Of a DNA stretch of 62,223 nt, positions 25,824 through 35,729 are shown piece by piece. The position numbers and the translations under genes are program-made. Origin of the DNA: Candidatus Roizmanbacteria bacterium RIFCSPLOWO2_01_FULL_40_14 (GTDB lineage: Bacteria; Patescibacteriota; Microgenomatia; GCA-001788215; 2-01-FULL-40-14); NCBI GenBank assembly GCA_001788215.1, contig MGAO01000037.1, positions 30,273-92,495 on the forward strand, given 5' to 3'. Positions within the stretch are counted from its first letter, which is position 1. Each line of letters opens with the position of its first letter. The notes beneath the pieces are model-generated. The model was given only the letters and a program-made list of their open reading frames with translations, was not told the origin of the DNA and did no database searches.

Positions 25824-27533
25824 ATGAAATCTTTTTTGCTGAATAATCGGTGGTTGCTACTTATTATTATTCTCGGAATTCTTCCCTTATACCCGCTACT
25901 GCATCCGGGTATGTTTGAAGGACACGATGCTCAAGATCATATAGCGCGTATTGCAAATTTCTATGCAAATTTACAGGAAGGAATCATAATTCCCCGTTGG
26001 GCGGCGAATTTAAATTGGGGATACGGGCATCCGATTCTTATGTTTCTCTATCCCCTACCATCATATATTGCATCTTTATTTCATTGGTTAGGCTTTTCAT
26101 TGATAGATGCAACTAAAATAGTATTTGCTCTCGGTTTTGCGTTAGGCGGATTAACTATGTATCTGTGGATCAAAACAATGTGGAGAGAAAAAGCGGGAAT
26201 TGTTGCTTCCGCTCTGTATTTATTTGCTCCCTATCGATTTGTTGATCTCTATGTCCGGGGAGCAATCGGTGAAAACTTTTTCTTCATATGGCCCCCCCTC
26301 GTTTTATATTGTTACTATCAGCTTATAAAAACTGGATTAGTACGCTATCTTATCGGTGGAGCATTTGCTTTGGCGGCCATGATTTTGTCTCATAATGCTC
26401 TCAGCATTATGTACCTTCCGTTTATGTTTTTATATTGTGTGTTACTGATTGTCTTTTCAAAGAGAAAACTTCTCGTTAGTATCTACAGTTTTCTTATGAC
26501 AGCACTTGGTTTTGGTCTTTCAGCCTTTTTCTGGTTACCTGCCTATATTGAAGGAAAATATACGCTTCGGGATATTGTAACTGCCGGTGAACTTTTCAAA
26601 CGCTTTGAACCATTTTCTCGTCTTATCTATTCAAAATGGAGTCATGGCGGAACAGGGAACATGAGTGTGCAGGTGGGGATAATTCAGTGGATTATGATTG
26701 GGGTTGCAGTTTTTCTTATTTACAATCTAATTCTAAAGATCAAAAGAATAAAAGATCAAAAGAACAACAGAGACTTGAAATTCAATTCATATTTATTGTT
26801 GATATTGTTTTTCTTTTTCTGGATAGCACTATTTCTTATTACTCCTTATTCACAAATTATATATGAAAAAATTACGCTTTTTCAAAAATTCCAATTTCCA
26901 TGGAGATGGTTGTCCCTGGCAATTTTTCCTCCTGCAGTAATTGGCGGGTATTTTGTTTCTCAGATTTCGAAACGGTACAGCAATCAAATTGTCGCGGGTA
27001 TCGTGATTGCGGTTCTCACGGTGAGTTTTCCTTACTGGAAGGCAGATGGTTATTTTGAAAAACCCGAATCATTTTATACCGGTATCTATGAAGGGACGAC
27101 TGATACCGGAGAAAGTGCTCCTATCTGGTCAGTTCGGTTCATGCTCGAAAAACCGCCGGCGTACGCTGAAGTTGTCGAAGGAAAAGCAGAAATACAGACG
27201 GTTAATCATCGTATTTCCTCAAGAACCTATGCGGTGACCGTCAATTCCGAGCAGGCTCGCATCCTTGAGAATACGTTGTACTTTCCCGGATGGTTTGTGT
27301 CTATTGATGGAAATGAACTGCCATTGACCGATGTCTGGTGGCAGGATCCAGCCTATCGGGGTCTTATTACTTATTTTGTTCCGGAGGGTGAACATTTAGT
27401 CGAGATAGTATTTAGAAATACAAAAGTCAGGAACGTTTCTGAGTTCGTATCGATCAGCAGTTTATTTTTTCTGACCGGGCTATGTGCCATGGTATTATTG
27501 TTACGGAAACGATCTTTCCCCCTTTCTCTATGA
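25824..27533 (+). CDS. PTPS-related / YfhO-like GT-C membrane protein (paralogue 2 of 3)
   Basis: HPGMFEGHDAQDHIARIANFYANLQEGIIIPRWAANLNWGYGHPILMFLYPLPSY...YRFVDLYVRGAIGENF...SHN...FWLP...QFPWRW...YFPGWFVSIDG...EGEHLVEIVF. Confidence 0.6.
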   Translation: MKSFLLNNRWLLLIIILGILPLYPLLHPGMFEGHDAQDHIARIANFYANLQEGIIIPRWAANLNWGYGHPILMFLYPLPSYIASLFHWLGFSLIDATKIVFALGFALGGLTMYLWIKTMWREKAGIVASALYLFAPYRFVDLYVRGAIGENFFFIWPPLVLYCYYQLIKTGLVRYLIGGAFALAAMILSHNALSIMYLPFMFLYCVLLIVFSKRKLLVSIYSFLMTALGFGLSAFFWLPAYIEGKYTLRDIVTAGELFKRFEPFSRLIYSKWSHGGTGNMSVQVGIIQWIMIGVAVFLIYNLILKIKRIKDQKNNRDLKFNSYLLLILFFFFWIALFLITPYSQIIYEKITLFQKFQFPWRWLSLAIFPPAVIGGYFVSQISKRYSNQIVAGIVIAVLTVSFPYWKADGYFEKPESFYTGIYEGTTDTGESAPIWSVRFMLEKPPAYAEVVEGKAEIQTVNHRISSRTYAVTVNSEQARILENTLYFPGWFVSIDGNELPLTDVWWQDPAYRGLITYFVPEGEHLVEIVFRNTKVRNVSEFVSISSLFFLTGLCAMVLLLRKRSFPLSL

Positions 27534-28300
27534 AAAAAAATATAACGTTATCGGTTGCGCTCGCAACGTTCAACGAGGAAAAAAATATTACCCGCTGCCT
27601 TAATTCAGTAAAAAAACTGGGCGATGAAATTGTCATAGTCGACGGTGGTTCCACTGACAAAACAGTCTATCTTGCGAGAAATTTTACGGATAAAATATTT
27701 GTTACCGATAACCCGCCCATTTTCCATATCAACAAACAAAAAGCTATAGAAAAATGCAATGGTCAGTGGATTCTACAACTGGATGCTGATGAAGAAGTGA
27801 CTTCAGAATTGGCTGATGAAATTACTCGTACGGTTCATGCTCACAACGATATTAATGGATATTTTATTGCGCGAAAAAATTTCTTTAGTAATCAATGGAT
27901 GAAAAAAGGCGGTATGTATCCCGATTACGTGATCCGTCTGTTTCGAAATGGAAAAGGTCATTTTCCCTGCAAAAGCGTGCATGAGCAAATAGTAATTGAT
28001 GGGAATGTTGGGTATTTAAAAGAGCCTATGAATCACTATCCGTATGCAACGTTTCAGGAATATCTTAAGAAAGCCGACACCTATACCTCATTAACCGCTC
28101 AAGAACTTGAGAAAAATAAGACGTCAATTTCTGTTATTTCATATTTAAAATATGTTGTCATTAAACCACTTCACACATTTATCAATCTATTTTTTCGGCA
28201 TCGCGGATTTATGGATGGCCGGAGGGGATTTATCTGGGCGTTGTTTTCTGGATTACATCATGCACAAGCATATGTTAAGTATATAAAAAATAAAAGATAA
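27530..28300 (+). CDS. GT2 family glycosyltransferase (KdtX/WaaE-like architecture)
   Basis: MKKNITLSVALATFNEE.NI.RCLNSVK.LGDEIVIVDGGSTDKT...WILQLDADEEV...GHFPCKSVHEQI. ATGA overlap with the upstream gene. The ORF-track start at 27482 is rejected. Confidence 0.8.
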   Translation: MKKNITLSVALATFNEEKNITRCLNSVKKLGDEIVIVDGGSTDKTVYLARNFTDKIFVTDNPPIFHINKQKAIEKCNGQWILQLDADEEVTSELADEITRTVHAHNDINGYFIARKNFFSNQWMKKGGMYPDYVIRLFRNGKGHFPCKSVHEQIVIDGNVGYLKEPMNHYPYATFQEYLKKADTYTSLTAQELEKNKTSISVISYLKYVVIKPLHTFINLFFRHRGFMDGRRGFIWALFSGLHHAQAYVKYIKNKR

Positions 28301-28323
28301 AATACAAAAAACTGTCGATCATT

Positions 28324-28848
28324 ATGAAATCAACAATATACGTACTATTTTTTGTTTCTTATTTCTCATTTTTTATTTCTGTGGTCTCTGCTGCGGATTA
28401 TGTACTTCCGTACCCGTCCTATATGCCGGGCAATAAGCTCTATAGAATAAATGAGTGGTGGGACCAACTGCAGGAATATTGGTATTTTGGAGATATTGCG
28501 GGGCTAAAGTACCATCGGGCTATGGCAGATAAATATTTGATTGAAGCAAAGACGTTGTTTGAATATCAACAGTATAAACTCGCCGTTAATGCGTTACAAA
28601 AATCAGATGAACATTTTGCCCATGCCGTTGTATATCTCATTGATGTTAATAACAAACGTAAGGATGATGGGGTACAAGGAGCGATTCTTAAACAGTCCGG
28701 AGAAAAACATACAGAAATTATTGATGATTTAAATGAATTTCTTCCCGATCAGGTTACATGGCAGGAAGAACAAAAAGATCCTGAAGATATACCGCTTGAT
28801 ATGTTATTTACTAAAGCAAAAACTATTCGAAACTATGCGAATCGCTAG
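28324..28848 (+). CDS. Small secreted helical protein (DUF5667-like; paralogue of 43344..43883)
   Basis: A signal peptide (VLFFVSYFSFFISVVSA), then DYVLPYPSYMPGNKLYRI...D..Q. It shares Y.L.YP..(M/L)PG..LY...D..Q...ADK with the other copy. The family name is from memory. Confidence 0.5.
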   Translation: MKSTIYVLFFVSYFSFFISVVSAADYVLPYPSYMPGNKLYRINEWWDQLQEYWYFGDIAGLKYHRAMADKYLIEAKTLFEYQQYKLAVNALQKSDEHFAHAVVYLIDVNNKRKDDGVQGAILKQSGEKHTEIIDDLNEFLPDQVTWQEEQKDPEDIPLDMLFTKAKTIRNYANR

Positions 28849-29968
28849 AGTAGGATATTTTTCTCTATTGGTACTGCTCGCGATTTTTTCATACGGATTT
28901 GTCGATTTCAGCCTACCCGTATCTGTTCCTTTTGATTTCAACCGTATCATGTATGATTCTCGTGTCTCATCTACTATTTATTACGTCAGCTTTGTTATGC
29001 TTCTATTTTGCGGCTACGGATATTTCTTATGGTCAGCACATAAAAAGAAACTGCCCGTGTTGCATGTAAAAAATATACTTTTTATAACTACTGCTTTATT
29101 GCTTCTTTCGTATCCAGCCTTCTCAAACGACATATTTAACTATATTGCGACGGCAAAAGTTACCTATTTGTATAGAGAAAATCCTTATATTGTTATGCCG
29201 ATTGAATTTTCTCATGAACCCATGCTTGCTTACTTGCATGCCGCCAATAAAACGGCGCTCTACGGTCCCATGTGGATACTTCTCACGATTATCCCGCATA
29301 TTGCCGGAATGGGAAGCTTGATACAAACCCTCGTCATGTTTAAGTTGTTTATTACCTTATTTTATCTTTTAACAGCGTATCTCATATGGAGTCTTTCAAA
29401 TAAAAATATCCTTTCTCTTATCATATTTGCTCTGAATCCGCTAGTACTTATTGAGTCACTTGTTTCATCACACAATGATATGGTTATGATGTTCTTTGCA
29501 CTTTTAAGCTTTCATCTTCTTAAAAAACGTATTGCAATAGTTGCATTTGTTTCACTTCTTATTTCAATAGGAATTAAATTTGCCACTATTGTACTTATTC
29601 CAATCTTTTTATATGTATGGTATCGACAGCGTTCAGGCAAGAAAATTATATGGTCTCGTATATGGTTGTCTTCTTTACTCGTAATGACTGCTGTTTTTTT
29701 GCTTTCTCCATTTCGTGAAGAAATGTATCCGTGGTACTTTCAGTGGGTAATAGTCTTTGTTTCATTGATTCCACAATATACCGTGTTACTCATAGGCATG
29801 ATAGGCTTATCGTTTGGTCTTTCTTTTCGGTTTGCACCGTACGTTTATACCAGGAATTGGGGCGGCTCGGTGATATGGCTCAAACAATTGGTTACCGGAG
29901 CTTCTTTTATATTATTTCTGGCAAGTTATTATGCATATAAGTTTATTGCTTCTAAAAAAGCAAGATGA
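28835..29968 (+). CDS. Polytopic membrane protein, MptB/DUF2029-like putative polyprenyl-P-mannose-dependent mannosyltransferase (GT-C)
   Basis: ATG 28835 (MRIARVGYF). FSNDIFNYIATAKVTYLYRENPYIVMP.........ALYGPMW resembles the first-loop signature S.D.Y.Y...G......NPY...YGP.W of MptB-type enzymes. About 10 TM segments. Confidence 0.5.
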   Translation: MRIARVGYFSLLVLLAIFSYGFVDFSLPVSVPFDFNRIMYDSRVSSTIYYVSFVMLLFCGYGYFLWSAHKKKLPVLHVKNILFITTALLLLSYPAFSNDIFNYIATAKVTYLYRENPYIVMPIEFSHEPMLAYLHAANKTALYGPMWILLTIIPHIAGMGSLIQTLVMFKLFITLFYLLTAYLIWSLSNKNILSLIIFALNPLVLIESLVSSHNDMVMMFFALLSFHLLKKRIAIVAFVSLLISIGIKFATIVLIPIFLYVWYRQRSGKKIIWSRIWLSSLLVMTAVFLLSPFREEMYPWYFQWVIVFVSLIPQYTVLLIGMIGLSFGLSFRFAPYVYTRNWGGSVIWLKQLVTGASFILFLASYYAYKFIASKKAR

Positions 29969-31557
29969 AAAGATCTGAACTCATTGCTCTCGGTATTATT
30001 TTGTTTGTTTCTCTCATCTCAACTCGTGTATTTTTCCAACCAGTTTTCTTTCCTACCCATGATTTGGAATATCATATTATCCGACTTTGGCAGTTTGATC
30101 AAAATATACGAGCGGGGATTTTTATACCACGATGGGCACCGGACTTAAATCATGGTTATGGTGTACCCTTATTCTCATTTTTTTATCCATTGCCAAATTA
30201 TATAGCCGAGACATTTCGGGCTTTTCATTTTTCATATATTGAATCGGTATACAGCACCGTGGCGGTTGGATTTATCCTGTCTCCTTTTACGTTTTATTGG
30301 TGGGCCCGGCGTTTTTTTAATGTTCGTGCTTCTGTCATATCTTCTCTTTTCTATATGCTTGCGCCGTATCATCTGGTCGATGTATATATACGTGGATCTA
30401 TTGGAGAAGTGTGGATATTAGCTTTGGCACCCTTGATGTTTGGGGCAAGTACTCAAATTGTCCAAAAGCATAATTTAGAAACTTCGAGCATAATTCTTGC
30501 GTTATCATCTGCTTTTCTTTTATTATCCCATACTGTTTTAGGAATTGCCTTTTTTATCGGAGGGCTCGGCTATTCTTTTTTGTTTGCGTTTCTTGAAAAA
30601 AAATATGATCTCCGCATGTCGGTTAGATTGCTCATTGGCTATTCAATCGGCCTTCTTCTATCAGCCTATTTTTATCTCCCGATCATATTCGAGTCATCCT
30701 ATATTCGGGGGCTTGAGATTATGGGAGTTGATGATCATTTTCCAACGCTTTTGCAATTACTTCTGCCTTCTTGGGGAAGCGGATTCTCGGTGCCCGGTCC
30801 TGACGACTCGATGAGCTTTCAGATCGGAGTTGCGCACGTAGTAGTATTAATTGCAGCAACGATGTTAGTTATCAAAAAAAAGAATTTGCATATGGCGGTC
30901 TGGGTGAGTATTGTTTTTATGATTATCTTTCTTATGCTTGAATGGTCAAAAGGAGTCTGGGATCTGTTTTCCTTTTTAAATTACTTTCAGTTTCCCTGGC
31001 GATTACTGTCTATAGTCATTTTTGGCACCTCGTTTCTCGCTGGATATGTCTTCGAACAACTAAAGTCTAAATATTTAATGGGTATAATTCTTGTTCTTTT
31101 TTTATTTTATTTTCGCTATACCTATCCCGTCACCTATCAAAAGCGAACTGATGATTTTTATTTATCAAATCCTGATTGGACAAATGGTACAGCTACGTTA
31201 GCGAATTCCTTTAATACTATATGGTTTTCAATTCCCTCAGCTCGGGAGAATAATAAAACCATTCGGCTTGAATCCAAAACTCCCATACAGCAGCGCTATA
31301 CAGTATCAAGTGATGAATCTTTTGTATTTACTCCTCAAATTGCTTATTTTCCAGGCTGGGAAGGGCAGATCGACCAAAACCATAGCCCGGTAGAAAACGA
31401 AAAGGGCATTGCTTCGCTGTCCGTTCCTGCAGGAACTCATTCAGTCGTGCTAAAATTAAAAGAAACGCCGGTTCAGAAACAGGGTGCTTTATTGTCCATT
31501 ACGGGCATTATTGTTTTGATTAGTATTCCTATTATTTCCTATGCGCGTCGCAATTGA
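29965..31557 (+). CDS. PTPS-related / YfhO-like GT-C membrane protein (paralogue 3 of 3)
   Basis: FFPTHDLEYHIIRLWQFDQNIRAGIFIPRWAPDLNHGYGVPLFSFFYPLPNY...YHLVDVYIRGSIGEVW...SHT...QFPWRL...YFPGWEGQIDQ...AGTHSVVL. ATGA overlap with the upstream gene. Confidence 0.6.
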   Translation: MKRSELIALGIILFVSLISTRVFFQPVFFPTHDLEYHIIRLWQFDQNIRAGIFIPRWAPDLNHGYGVPLFSFFYPLPNYIAETFRAFHFSYIESVYSTVAVGFILSPFTFYWWARRFFNVRASVISSLFYMLAPYHLVDVYIRGSIGEVWILALAPLMFGASTQIVQKHNLETSSIILALSSAFLLLSHTVLGIAFFIGGLGYSFLFAFLEKKYDLRMSVRLLIGYSIGLLLSAYFYLPIIFESSYIRGLEIMGVDDHFPTLLQLLLPSWGSGFSVPGPDDSMSFQIGVAHVVVLIAATMLVIKKKNLHMAVWVSIVFMIIFLMLEWSKGVWDLFSFLNYFQFPWRLLSIVIFGTSFLAGYVFEQLKSKYLMGIILVLFLFYFRYTYPVTYQKRTDDFYLSNPDWTNGTATLANSFNTIWFSIPSARENNKTIRLESKTPIQQRYTVSSDESFVFTPQIAYFPGWEGQIDQNHSPVENEKGIASLSVPAGTHSVVLKLKETPVQKQGALLSITGIIVLISIPIISYARRN

Positions 31558-32599
31558 CATATCGGCTTTATCCAGCGGACATCACGTACGTGGTGTCGGC
31601 TCATATACTGAACAAATGATATACGCACTTGAAAAGTATCAATCTGATATAGCGTACACAAAAATAGATGCAGGTAATTCTGTCCCTGAAAATATAGATA
31701 TTTTGCACTATACCTATCTAGATCTATTTAATCGGACAATTAAAGTATCAAACAAATATAGAACAATAGTTACTATACATGACGTTATACCATTAGTATT
31801 TCCCCAGCATTTTCCCGTAGGTATCAGAGGAAATGTAAACTTATTTTTATTAAAACGTTTATTAAAAAATGTCTCCGCAGTTATTACCGACTCGCATAAT
31901 TCAAGAAAGGATATTATGCGACACTTATCTATCCCATCAAACAAAATAAGCACGGTTTATCTAGCCGCAGGTGAGCATTTCAGAATATTGAGTCAAAAAG
32001 AGCTTACGGATCTGAATCTCCAAGCCAAATATAAACTTTCGGAGAGATATTTACTTTATGTAGGCGATGTAAATTGGAATAAAAATCTAGTCAGACTCAT
32101 ACAAGCATTTCGAAATTTTCAAAAAAATAATATTTCATTAGTCATGATCGGTAAAGCACTTACGGACACAAAAACTCCTGAAACCCAGCAACTGGTTGAA
32201 CTGATAGACAGTCTCGGATTGCAGAAAAATGTTATGCGATTTGGATTTATGCCAAAAGAAGACTTGGTAGGCATGTATAATGGAGCAGCTGGATATATCC
32301 AACCTTCTTTTTATGAAGGATTCGGATTTCCCGTACTTGAGGCAATGCAGTGTGGTATACCCGTTATTGTAAGTAATAGGAGCAGCCTTCCTGAAATAGC
32401 GGGGTATGCAGGCATTTCTATTAATCCTGAACGCATAGACGATATTGTGAGAGGAATTGAGAAGTTGCTGAATTTAAAGAAGCATCAACGTGAGGAACTC
32501 ATTAAAAAAGGATTAGAACAGGCAAAAAAGTTCAGCTGGGAAAATGTCGCTCGCCAAACAGCAGATGTATATCGTCAGGTATATAAAAATGGGAAATAA
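31541..32599 (+). CDS. GT4 family glycosyltransferase
   Basis: YLLYVGDVNWNKN...QPSFYEGFGFPVLEAMQCGIPVIVSNRSSLPEIAG. Confidence 0.85.
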   Translation: MRVAIDISALSSGHHVRGVGSYTEQMIYALEKYQSDIAYTKIDAGNSVPENIDILHYTYLDLFNRTIKVSNKYRTIVTIHDVIPLVFPQHFPVGIRGNVNLFLLKRLLKNVSAVITDSHNSRKDIMRHLSIPSNKISTVYLAAGEHFRILSQKELTDLNLQAKYKLSERYLLYVGDVNWNKNLVRLIQAFRNFQKNNISLVMIGKALTDTKTPETQQLVELIDSLGLQKNVMRFGFMPKEDLVGMYNGAAGYIQPSFYEGFGFPVLEAMQCGIPVIVSNRSSLPEIAGYAGISINPERIDDIVRGIEKLLNLKKHQREELIKKGLEQAKKFSWENVARQTADVYRQVYKNGK

Positions 32600-32629
32600 A
32601 AAAACTGAATCGATGCAAAACAACTATAC

Positions 32630-33682
32630 ATGAAATCAGGAAAAGTGTCATCTTCGGGCGATATGCTGCGTTTTATACTGATAAGCTTTTTAGGCTGGCG
32701 TGTGCTACTTGAACTTATAGCTCGATTTACTCCTCAATACCTTACAAAACAGACCATGTTCCTCGGTCCGATTCCCTGGGCAAATTTTGACGGTGTTCAT
32801 TACCTCAGCATTGCTGAACGTGGATATGTTCAATATGAGCAAGCTTTTTTTCCACTGTACCCGGTTCTTATACGATTTATTGGTCGGCTATTTCATCAAG
32901 ACTTTGTCCTCGCCGCGATGCTGATTAGCCATCTTAGCTTTATTGGTAGCCTTATTTTTCTATGGAAATTGATCCCATTGATTCCTTCTTTACCGAAAGA
33001 TAAAATACCATCAATACAAAAATGGACCATAGTGTTCACCCTTGCATTTCCGACATCGTATTATTTTGCAAGCGTTTATACGGAAAGTCTATTTCTGTTC
33101 CTTATTCTTGCCTCATTTTATTTTTTTCAGAAAAAAAGATACGTGTTCTATGGCATAGGTGCTTCAATTACATCAGGCGTCCGGCTGGTTGGTTCATTTC
33201 TCCTCGTGCCGGTGGGATTATTTGCCTATATGACGTATTTATGGAAACAATATGGCGATCCTCTTCTTTTTATGCATGTTCAGCCGGCATTCGGGGCAAA
33301 TCGGTCGGGGAGCGAATTGGTTATATTGCCCCAGGTGCTCTGGAGATACCTAAAAATATTTATAAAAGTACCCGCGCGTCAATATGATTGGTGGATTGCT
33401 TTGTTCGAATTATTCTGTTTTATACTCTCTCTTTTGCTGCTTTGGATCGCGTGGCGAAGAAAATATCCTAGAGCTTGGGTCTATTTTTCTCTTGCCTCAA
33501 TTATCGTGCCTACCTTAACGGGGACGTTATCGTCAATGCCACGATATGTGCTCGTTGCATTTCCTCTCTATATCGTTCTTGCTCAAATGCCCAAAGCGCT
33601 TAAAATTGGCATTTTTATCGTGAGTGTCTACTTATTAATTATTGGTACTCTGCTATTCACGCATGGGTACTGGATAGCATAA
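32630..33682 (+). CDS. PIG-V-like (GT76-type) membrane mannosyltransferase family protein (GT-C)
   Basis: PWANFDGVHYLSIAERGYVQYEQAFFPLYP matches the W..WD..HY..IA..GY....AFFPLYP signature of bacterial PIG-V-like proteins. About 9 TM segments. The start may be ATG 32663. Confidence 0.6.
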   Translation: MKSGKVSSSGDMLRFILISFLGWRVLLELIARFTPQYLTKQTMFLGPIPWANFDGVHYLSIAERGYVQYEQAFFPLYPVLIRFIGRLFHQDFVLAAMLISHLSFIGSLIFLWKLIPLIPSLPKDKIPSIQKWTIVFTLAFPTSYYFASVYTESLFLFLILASFYFFQKKRYVFYGIGASITSGVRLVGSFLLVPVGLFAYMTYLWKQYGDPLLFMHVQPAFGANRSGSELVILPQVLWRYLKIFIKVPARQYDWWIALFELFCFILSLLLLWIAWRRKYPRAWVYFSLASIIVPTLTGTLSSMPRYVLVAFPLYIVLAQMPKALKIGIFIVSVYLLIIGTLLFTHGYWIA

Positions 33683-33685
33683 ACC

Positions 33686-34942
33686 ATGCGCAACTTGTTA
33701 CAAAAACTATTCAAAAACAATCTTGTTAAGGGAACTTCATACGTATTTATCGGCAGCTTTGCAGCAAATATTTTTAGCTACTTTTTCCACTTGATTACCG
33801 GGCGTATGCTGGGGCCGGAGCAATATGCTATTATCGCATCACTTCTGTCTCTTTCGTATGTATTTGGCTTTCCTGCAGTAATTATTAGCACGGTTCTGAC
33901 GAGAAAAGTTGCTGAACTGGCTGCACATAATAATAAAGCAGCTATACACGGAGTTATTCGGACTGTTATGAAATTTCTCTTGTGGTTTATCGTTGGATTT
34001 ATCGTACTGTTAATTCTTTTTAAACAACTCGTTGCTGATTTTCTTCACATACAAGATACTCATTTTATTGTTATTTTGGGGTTAAGCCTCATCATTTCTT
34101 ATGTTTCAACAATAGGGTTTGCTGCATTGCAGGGAATGCTTCGGTTTTTAAGCTATGCGATAGTCAATTCACTCAGCAATGCGTTTAAAGATCTATTCGC
34201 TCTTGTTGCTCTTGTGTTGGGATTGGGTACTTCTGGTGTCGTATGGAGTTTTTTAGCAACGAGTATCGCCACCACAGTTGCTGTTTTTATTCCGTTAAAA
34301 GATATTCTGAAGGCGCCTGTTACCTATCCAAGCATACGCGGTAAAAGCATACGTTCGACATTGTGGGTAACCATTGCATTTTTCGGAATGGGACTGATGA
34401 TCAATGTTGACGTACTTATGGTAAAACATTATTTTGATGCTTATGAAGCAGGTCTTTATGCGGCACTTGCCACCACGGGAAAAATTGTACTTTTTGTATC
34501 ATCTCCTATCGTAACCGTGCTTCTTCCAGTTGCAACTCAAAAAAATGCACGGGGACATTCAACCATTCGAGAGCTAGCTGTAGCAATGAGCGTTATTGTA
34601 ATGTTGTCGGTATCGGCCGTTGGTGTATTTGCTCTGCTACCCCGTCTGGTAATATATCTTCTGTATGGTGAGGCATATTATTCAATGAGTCGCGTGCTGT
34701 GGCTGATGGGCGTGTACTTTTTGTTCTATAATATTTCAAATACGTTTATTTACTATTTTATATCAATAAAACGATATCGCGTTTTGCTGGCGGCTTTAGT
34801 TGTATCTATCCTGCAGGTGGGGCTATTATTTATATTTCATGAGTCATTTACGCAAATTGTTTTGGTGCTTGTAGCAACAGCTCTGTTACTTAGTTTTATT
34901 TTCATATATTATTACGTTTCTCGTGAAATCAGAAAAAAATAA
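33686..34942 (+). CDS. Wzx-like polysaccharide/oligosaccharide flippase (MOP superfamily)
   Basis: 418 aa with about 12 TM segments. N-terminal motif NLVKGTSYVFIGSFAANIFSYFFHLITGRMLGPEQYA, typical of Polysacc_synt proteins. Confidence 0.7.
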   Translation: MRNLLQKLFKNNLVKGTSYVFIGSFAANIFSYFFHLITGRMLGPEQYAIIASLLSLSYVFGFPAVIISTVLTRKVAELAAHNNKAAIHGVIRTVMKFLLWFIVGFIVLLILFKQLVADFLHIQDTHFIVILGLSLIISYVSTIGFAALQGMLRFLSYAIVNSLSNAFKDLFALVALVLGLGTSGVVWSFLATSIATTVAVFIPLKDILKAPVTYPSIRGKSIRSTLWVTIAFFGMGLMINVDVLMVKHYFDAYEAGLYAALATTGKIVLFVSSPIVTVLLPVATQKNARGHSTIRELAVAMSVIVMLSVSAVGVFALLPRLVIYLLYGEAYYSMSRVLWLMGVYFLFYNISNTFIYYFISIKRYRVLLAALVVSILQVGLLFIFHESFTQIVLVLVATALLLSFIFIYYYVSREIRKK

Positions 34943-35726
34943 ATTACTTTCGGTCATCATTCCTTGCTATCAACAGGAAAAAACAGTGAACGCTGCAATT
35001 AAGCGGGTGGAGTCTGTTTTGAAGACACTCGCCTATCCTTATGAAATTATTGTGGTTGTTGATGGTGCAGTTGATAAGACGTATGAACGGGCAATACCTC
35101 TTCAATCAAATACTATAACCGTAGTTAAATACAACATAAATCATGGAAAAGGATATGCTCTTCGATATGGTATGGCGCGAAGTCGCGGATCGGTCATTGC
35201 ATTTATTGATTGCGGGACTGAACTTGACCCCATGGGACTTAAAATGCTTTTGGCACATTACGAATGGTATGATGCAGACATTATTGTCGGAAGTAAGTGG
35301 CATCCGGTTTCAATCGTTACCTATCCGTGGTGGCGCGTCATTTTATCAAAAGGATATGGTTTATTGGTTAAGTTACTCTTTCATTTGCGGGTGTCAGATA
35401 CACAGCTTGGTATGAAATTATTTAAGCGAAAAGTGCTCGAAGATGTCCTCATCAGACTATTGGTTAAAAAATATGCGTTTGATATTGAAATGCTGGCGGT
35501 TGCCAACAGACTCGGATATACCCGTATCTATGAAGCACCGGTTGAACTGCACTGGCAGGAAATTGAAAGCAGCATCAGTAATAATTTATTTCGTTCAATT
35601 GGGGAGATGTTTACCGATACCCTTGCTGTATTTTATCGACTGTACATTCTTAAATATTATGATAATTCAAGCAACAGAAAATGGCGATATGATAAAGATC
35701 TTGATTTCAAAATCAACATTGGGTAG
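34923..35726 (+). CDS. GT2, DPM1-like glycosyltransferase
   Basis: LSVIIPCYQQE...EIIVVVDGAVDKT...NHGKGYALRYG...VIAFIDCGTELDP. GTG start. The DXD position reads DCG, an atypical variant. Confidence 0.75.
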   Translation: MKSEKNKLLSVIIPCYQQEKTVNAAIKRVESVLKTLAYPYEIIVVVDGAVDKTYERAIPLQSNTITVVKYNINHGKGYALRYGMARSRGSVIAFIDCGTELDPMGLKMLLAHYEWYDADIIVGSKWHPVSIVTYPWWRVILSKGYGLLVKLLFHLRVSDTQLGMKLFKRKVLEDVLIRLLVKKYAFDIEMLAVANRLGYTRIYEAPVELHWQEIESSISNNLFRSIGEMFTDTLAVFYRLYILKYYDNSSNRKWRYDKDLDFKINIG

Positions 35727-35729
35727 TTC